A DNA stretch of 52,598 nt from an uncultured Dehalococcoidia bacterium (GTDB lineage Bacteria; Chloroflexota; Dehalococcoidia; Lucifugimonadales; UBA2985): NCBI GenBank assembly GCA_964443385.1, contig CAYUCO010000032.1, forward strand, positions 1 to 52,598. The letters are read 5' to 3'. A program made the translations under genes and the position numbers. The notes below the pieces were generated by a model. It was not told the origin of the DNA and ran no database searches. It saw only the letters and a program-made list of their open reading frames with translations. Positions 48,082-52,598 of the stretch are shown here, piece by piece (positions within the stretch are counted from its first letter, which is position 1; every line of letters starts with the position of its first letter).

Positions 48082-48894
48082 ATGCCATCACTATACATAG
48101 TATCCACCCCGATAGGAAACTTGGAAGACATAACTTTACGAGCTATACGCGTTTTGAGTGAGGTAGACATAATTGCTGCGGAAGACACTAGGATTACACG
48201 TAAACTACTTTCTCACTATAAAATCCACACTCGGGTTACTAGCTATAACGAGCACAACAAATTTTTGAAAATACCTAGGCTTGTAGGTTCTTTATCAAAA
48301 ATGGATATAGCTCTGGTATCCGATGCAGGCACCCCAACAATTAACGATCCAGGAGTAGAACTAGTAAGAGCTGTCATCAAAGAAGGTTTCGAAGTTGTTC
48401 CCATACCGGGACCATCAGCAGTAACAACCGCCCTATCGGTATCAGCATTCTCCGGTAAACAATTCCTGTCCTTAGGATTCTTACCAAACAAAAAATCGGA
48501 ACGGAAAACGTTCCTGAAAAAAATAGAAAGTACTGAATACACCACTGTATTCTTTGAGGCACCCCACAGATTAAAACAAACTTTAAAGGAACTAAGTGAA
48601 GTAATAGGAGACAGAAACATCACTGTATTAAGAGAGGCAACTAAATACTTTGAAGAAATATTCTATGGTACCGTGGCAAACTGCGAAATACATTTCGGTA
48701 ATCCAAAAGGTGAATTCACAGTAGTAATAGAGGGATCAACACAAAAAGAACATATATCTGACACTGACATTATCTCAATGTTAACCGAGCTTTTGAAAGA
48801 AGGCGTTTCAATGAAGGACGCAAGAGAAACGCTAGCTCGAGAAATCAATATAAGTAAACGAGATTTATATAGACTGTCCCTGTCTATGAAGTAG
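48082..48894 (+). CDS. rsmI: 16S rRNA (cytidine1402-2'-O)-methyltransferase
   Basis: The N-terminus LYIVSTPIGNLEDITLRAIRVL...AAEDTR and the SDAGTP motif are present (tetrapyrrole-methylase fold). Confidence 0.9.
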   Translation: MPSLYIVSTPIGNLEDITLRAIRVLSEVDIIAAEDTRITRKLLSHYKIHTRVTSYNEHNKFLKIPRLVGSLSKMDIALVSDAGTPTINDPGVELVRAVIKEGFEVVPIPGPSAVTTALSVSAFSGKQFLSLGFLPNKKSERKTFLKKIESTEYTTVFFEAPHRLKQTLKELSEVIGDRNITVLREATKYFEEIFYGTVANCEIHFGNPKGEFTVVIEGSTQKEHISDTDIISMLTELLKEGVSMKDARETLAREINISKRDLYRLSLSMK

Positions 48895-48987
48895 AAGTCT
48901 AATTACAGGACAAATTACATTAATCAATATATACACTTAAGTACCGCAATTCCTGCCGACATTAGTCAAAGAGTTGCCAAAAACTAT

Positions 48988-49016
48988 TTGACATCTAAAC
49001 CAGTCTGCCATACAAT
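48988..49016 (+). promoter_or_regulatory. Near-consensus sigma-70-type promoter of rplU-rpmA
   Basis: TTGACA (48988-48993), a 17-nt spacer, then TACAAT (49011-49016). The ATG at 49029 begins 13 nt after the -10. Confidence 0.6.
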
Positions 49017-49028
49017 CGACGGGTTGTC

Positions 49029-49451
49029 ATGGAATACGCCGTAATAAATACCGGAGGGAAACAATATACTGTCTATCCTGGGTCTAGTATTCAGGTAGAG
49101 AAACTTCCGCGCGAAGAAGAAGAAAATTTTGAAATAAATGAAATTTTATTGGTGTCCAAGGATGGTAAACTCAAAGTTGGCAATCCCCTGGTAGATGGAG
49201 CGTCAGTTAAGGCACAAATTGTAGAAAATGGCAGAGGCAAGAAGATTACTGTCCTTAAATACAAACCCAAAATCAGATACAAGAAAAAGATTGGACATAG
49301 ACAGCCCTATACCGAACTCAGGATTACCGAAATATTAAGTGGTGACGAAGCTCCAACAAAGAAACGAACTACCCGAACCACTGCTACAAAAAGTAGTTCC
49401 CCAAAGACCACTACGACAAGAACCAGAAGGAAGAAAACAGATGGCACATAA
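49029..49451 (+). CDS. rplU: 50S ribosomal protein L21 with a ~38-aa basic Thr/Lys/Arg-rich C-terminal extension
   Basis: The N-terminus [11 protein letters not shown] and the core through [13 protein letters not shown] are present. An extra tail [27 protein letters not shown] follows. Confidence 0.9.
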   Translation: MEYAVINTGGKQYTVYPGSSIQVEKLPREEEENFEINEILLVSKDGKLKVGNPLVDGASVKAQIVENGRGKKITVLKYKPKIRYKKKIGHRQPYTELRITEILSGDEAPTKKRTTRTTATKSSSPKTTTTRTRRKKTDGT

Positions 49452-49701
49452 AAAAGGTGGCGGTAGCAGCCGCAATGGGAGAGACAGCAGATCTCAGCGA
49501 CTTGGAGTAAAAAGATATGATGGACAACTGGTAACAGCCGGATCCATAATAGTAAGACAACGTGGAACAAGAATTAGATCCGGGAACAATGTGGGAGTAG
49601 GTAGAGACCATACTCTGTTTGCATTGACTGATGGTCATGTGAAATTTGAACAAGACACCAAATTGAAGAAACAAGTAAGTGTCTACCCTCAGAAAGTATA
49701 A
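49441..49701 (+). CDS. rpmA: 50S ribosomal protein L27
   Basis: The sequence [25 protein letters not shown] starts at the ATG at 49441, in frame with ORF 49339..49701. It overlaps the rplU 3' end by 11 nt. Confidence 0.95.
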   Translation: MAHKKGGGSSRNGRDSRSQRLGVKRYDGQLVTAGSIIVRQRGTRIRSGNNVGVGRDHTLFALTDGHVKFEQDTKLKKQVSVYPQKV

Positions 49702-49715
49702 AAGGCTATACAAAA

Positions 49716-49919
49716 TTGAAAACAGAAATACATCCTACTTATTATCCAGAGGCGCAAGTTTCTTGCACATGTGGAAATTCTTTCACTGTTGGTTCAACTA
49801 AACCCACATTGAAAGTGGAAATCTGCAGCAAGTGTCACCCATACTTTACCGGGGAACAACGCATAATAGACACAGAGGGTCGTGTCGAACGCATGAAACG
49901 CCGTTTCAACTTAGATTAA
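49716..49919 (+). CDS. rpmE: 50S ribosomal protein L31 (zinc-binding type)
   Basis: The sequence [10 protein letters not shown] is followed by the Cys motifs CTCG and [13 protein letters not shown] start. Confidence 0.9.
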   Translation: MKTEIHPTYYPEAQVSCTCGNSFTVGSTKPTLKVEICSKCHPYFTGEQRIIDTEGRVERMKRRFNLD

Positions 49920-49983
49920 TTCCAGTTGTTCAATCTTCAACCATCTCCTGTTTCGTAACTGCACGAAAGTATAGAGTCACTTA

Positions 49984-50892
49984 ATGAAAGGCCAGTATTC
50001 ATTGGAAAAACGTATCACATACGGTGGCCAAGCAGTTATTGAAGGAGTAATGATCAGAGGACAATCTCACTACTCTCTGGCAGTTAGAAAACCTAACGGT
50101 GAGATAGCAACAGAATATGAAAAACTCAACACGTTCTACACAGGCGCACTCAGAAAAATACCGTTAGCAAGAGGCGTTGTGGTTCTCATAGAGTCCATGC
50201 TTATAGGAATTAAAACCCTAGGTAGATCCGCGAATATAGCATTGGAAGAAGAGGATCAGGAAATTACTGGTTGGTCTATGGCAATCATGCTATTCCTATC
50301 AATAGGCTTCGGAGTTGGTCTGTTCTTCATCGCTCCATTGCTAGCAGTAAGGTCTCTGGACGCACATATCGAGTCAGATGGGGTAAGTAATTTTGCAGAG
50401 GGTATATTAAGATTAGCAATTTTCTTGGCTTACATATTCCTTATTGGACAGTTCAAAGATATAAAAAGAGTGTTTGCATATCACGGAGCAGAACACATGA
50501 CAGTACACGCGTATGAACATGGACTAGACCTAGAAACCAAAAATGTCAGGCAATTTCCAACAGCTCATAATCGTTGTGGCACTGCCTTTCTACTGACAGT
50601 AATGATGGTTGCAATAGTAGTTTTTACTTTTGTAGGAAGACCATCAATTGTTGTCAGCATCGCATCCAGAGTTGTTTTGGTGCCGATAATAGCCGGTATA
50701 AGTTATGAGATTATAAGGATTAGCGGGTTTTACAATAACAATCCACTTGTAAAGTTAATAGCTTATCCAAGCCTTGCATTACAATCTCTTACAACAAGAC
50801 AACCTGACGACCAACAAATAGAAGTAGCAATCGCCGCTATGAACAAAGCCATAGATGTAGACAAGGAAAACAAAGAAGCCAGAAAATCATAG
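49984..50892 (+). CDS. DUF1385-family membrane protein
   Basis: The N-terminus YGGQAVIEGVMIRG, central TM helices and YHGAEHM / RCGTAF motifs are characteristic of DUF1385. Confidence 0.75.
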   Translation: MKGQYSLEKRITYGGQAVIEGVMIRGQSHYSLAVRKPNGEIATEYEKLNTFYTGALRKIPLARGVVVLIESMLIGIKTLGRSANIALEEEDQEITGWSMAIMLFLSIGFGVGLFFIAPLLAVRSLDAHIESDGVSNFAEGILRLAIFLAYIFLIGQFKDIKRVFAYHGAEHMTVHAYEHGLDLETKNVRQFPTAHNRCGTAFLLTVMMVAIVVFTFVGRPSIVVSIASRVVLVPIIAGISYEIIRISGFYNNNPLVKLIAYPSLALQSLTTRQPDDQQIEVAIAAMNKAIDVDKENKEARKS

Positions 50893-50897
50893 GCTTA

Positions 50898-51512
50898 CTA
50901 CTTTTTTCTATCCTCTAACTCTTTCCAAACCTCAGATAGACTTACATCAGATGCAACCATTAGGACCAAGGTGTGATATAACATATCTGCTATTTCATTA
51001 GGTAGATTTTTCTTATCACCAGTAGCACCAGCTAGCGCTGACTCACCGGCTTCTTCTATAACTTTTTGTGATATACGCCCAATACCCTGATCAAATAAGC
51101 TTGTAGTATAACTACCGCTAGGCCTATCCATTTTGCGTTGCTCAATAATGGAGTACAGGTCCTCAAGTATTTCTGACCCGGAATCCACGATATCGTATTT
51201 ATCTTCAGCGTCAAATTCTACAAAAAAACAGGATTCTGCACCTGTATGACAAGCAGGACCAGTAGGATCAACTTTTAACAACAAGGTGTCTCCGTCACAG
51301 TCCAATAGAATATTTTTCAATTTAAGAAAATTACCTGAAGTTTCACCCTTGTGCCATAACATATCTCTAGAACGACTGTAAAACCAAACCTCATCCTTCT
51401 CAATGGTCAACTTTAATGATTCTGGGCTCATATATGCCATCATAAGAACTTTGTTTGTACTGTCGTCTTGGACAATTGCAGGTATTAAACCATTTCTATC
51501 CAGTTTTATCAT
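50898..51512 (-). CDS. hisI: Bifunctional phosphoribosyl-AMP cyclohydrolase / phosphoribosyl-ATP pyrophosphatase
   Basis: The HisI part carries [17 protein letters not shown] and CDGD...CHTG. The HisE part carries [12 protein letters not shown] and SYTTSLF. The ATG at 51512 follows AGGATAGGA. A TTG lies one codon upstream. Confidence 0.9.
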   Translation of the reverse strand: MIKLDRNGLIPAIVQDDSTNKVLMMAYMSPESLKLTIEKDEVWFYSRSRDMLWHKGETSGNFLKLKNILLDCDGDTLLLKVDPTGPACHTGAESCFFVEFDAEDKYDIVDSGSEILEDLYSIIEQRKMDRPSGSYTTSLFDQGIGRISQKVIEEAGESALAGATGDKKNLPNEIADMLYHTLVLMVASDVSLSEVWKELEDRKK

Positions 51513-51598
51513 CAAAAATATCCTATCCTAAATATTTCAAAGTAATTATACTGTCATCCAATCTCCGTAATCAGTCATTGGATAATAAAACAAGGTTA

Positions 51599-52378
51599 TC
51601 AGGTCAGACGAACACTAACTCCCCTGTCATATAAGTATCTTTTAGCTTCATTTATAGTATGAGTACCGAAATGGAATATGCTTGCAGCCAAGACAGCATC
51701 AGCCATACCCTCTGAAACAACCTGATACATATGTTCCAGAGTACCGGCTCCGCCACTGGCAACTACAGGAACATTAACTGATTCCGATATTTTTCTAACC
51801 AATTCCACATCATAACCATCTCTAGTTCCATCAGCATCTATACTGTTAACCACTATTTCCCCTGCACCAAAATCCACAGCCTGTTCAGCCCATTCTATTG
51901 CATCCAATCCTCTGGCCACCCCACCATCCTTACCTGTATGTGTGAATATTTGCCAGGAAGACGAGTTATCATTTGATACACGCTTAACATCCATACCTAG
52001 AACAATACACTGACTGCCAAAGGCCTCTGCTCCATCTTTTATGAGATTTGGATTTTGAACTGCAGCTGTATTGATTGAAACCTTATCTGCTCCTGCTTTA
52101 AGCATCTTTTTCATATCATCCACACTACGCAGCCCCCCTCCCACAGTTAGAGGTATGAAAAGTTGTTCGGCTGTCTTAGAAACTACATCCAACATGATAT
52201 CTCTACCTTCAGCAGATGCTGTGATATCGTAAAATACTAATTCATCGGCGCCCTGTGAATCGTAAAACGCAGCCATTTCGACCGGATCGCCGGCGTCCCT
52301 GTGACTCAAGAATTTAACACCCTTTATTACACGACCACCGGATACGTCTAAACAAGGTATTAGCCTTTTTGTAAGCAT
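51599..52378 (-). CDS. hisF: Imidazole glycerol phosphate synthase cyclase subunit
   Basis: The sequence [12 protein letters not shown], plus the motifs [11 protein letters not shown] and ASGGAG, are present. Confidence 0.95.
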   Translation of the reverse strand: MLTKRLIPCLDVSGGRVIKGVKFLSHRDAGDPVEMAAFYDSQGADELVFYDITASAEGRDIMLDVVSKTAEQLFIPLTVGGGLRSVDDMKKMLKAGADKVSINTAAVQNPNLIKDGAEAFGSQCIVLGMDVKRVSNDNSSSWQIFTHTGKDGGVARGLDAIEWAEQAVDFGAGEIVVNSIDADGTRDGYDVELVRKISESVNVPVVASGGAGTLEHMYQVVSEGMADAVLAASIFHFGTHTINEAKRYLYDRGVSVRLT

Positions 52379-52598
52379 AACAAAAGCATTGTAACATATG
52401 AATTATGAACAAGAGATTGATCAATGGTTATAATGTTATTAGAATGTTATCTCATTGATTTGTGAATTGACGACTCTGTTGTCACAAAACAAATAGATGT
52501 ATCCCGATTAGGATTGATTTGCTTTTGGCAATTACTAAACAAATATTGATACTAACTTCAGAATCCAACAAAGTGATGTATGAATCTCTAATGGATGA

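Noticed and set aside
47979-48188. 69-aa minus-strand ORF spanning the lepA-rsmI spacer and the rsmI 5' end
   Set aside because: It overlaps the well-supported rsmI N-terminus (LYIVSTPIGNLEDIT). It has no SD or recognisable motif.

Overview
Visibly AT-rich, very gene-dense bacterial chromosomal segment. Many junctions are 0-40 nt or overlapping, and almost all genes are housekeeping. I call about 57 CDS, 2 tRNAs, a few promoters and terminators, and one large inverted repeat. I see no rRNA, CRISPR array, transposase, integrase, phage genes or recognisable defence genes. Gene order: hflC-like tail, larB, lipoprotein cytochrome c, amt-glnK, GT2 polyprenol-P-mannose synthase, DCC-family oxidoreductase and sodX (divergent from Ni-SOD sodN), PAC2-family protein. 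Then a 12-gene minus-strand run: apt, HAD, mtnA, mtnP, rhodanese, adenosine kinase, ahcY, metK, NDP-mannose pyrophosphorylase, PGM/PMM, PGI/PMI, ffh. Then MFS transporter, an SbcC/Rad50-like ATPase with no SbcD, pncB, argJ-argB-argD-argG-argH-rpe, MidA-like methyltransferase, citrate synthase (divergent from a two-subunit 2-oxoacid:ferredoxin oxidoreductase), Cys-type ccmE, thiE, zinc-ribbon protein, rnhB, mnmA, rsfS, ndk, tsaB, tsaE, thiL. Finally tRNA-Lys(CUU), tRNA-Leu(UAG), oppD-oppF, lepA, rsmI, rplU-rpmA, rpmE, DUF1385, hisIE, hisF. Low-confidence lineage guess: a streamlined, probably marine, Chloroflexota/Actinobacteria-like bacterium, based on PAC2, Ppm1-type GT2, Ni-SOD, two-subunit OFOR and apparently leaderless starts. 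I did not find a clear-cut new multi-gene system such as a defence island or mobile element; this reads as a core-genome region. The best leads are: (1) a SAM-cycle/by-product salvage block that stops at methylthioribulose-1-P and carries an atypical HAD protein and a rhodanese; (2) an orphan short SbcC-like zinc-hook ATPase; (3) a sodN / sodX-DCC module; (4) an isolated Cys-variant (CPSKY) CcmE. All functional calls rest on motifs read from the supplied translations; no database search was possible.
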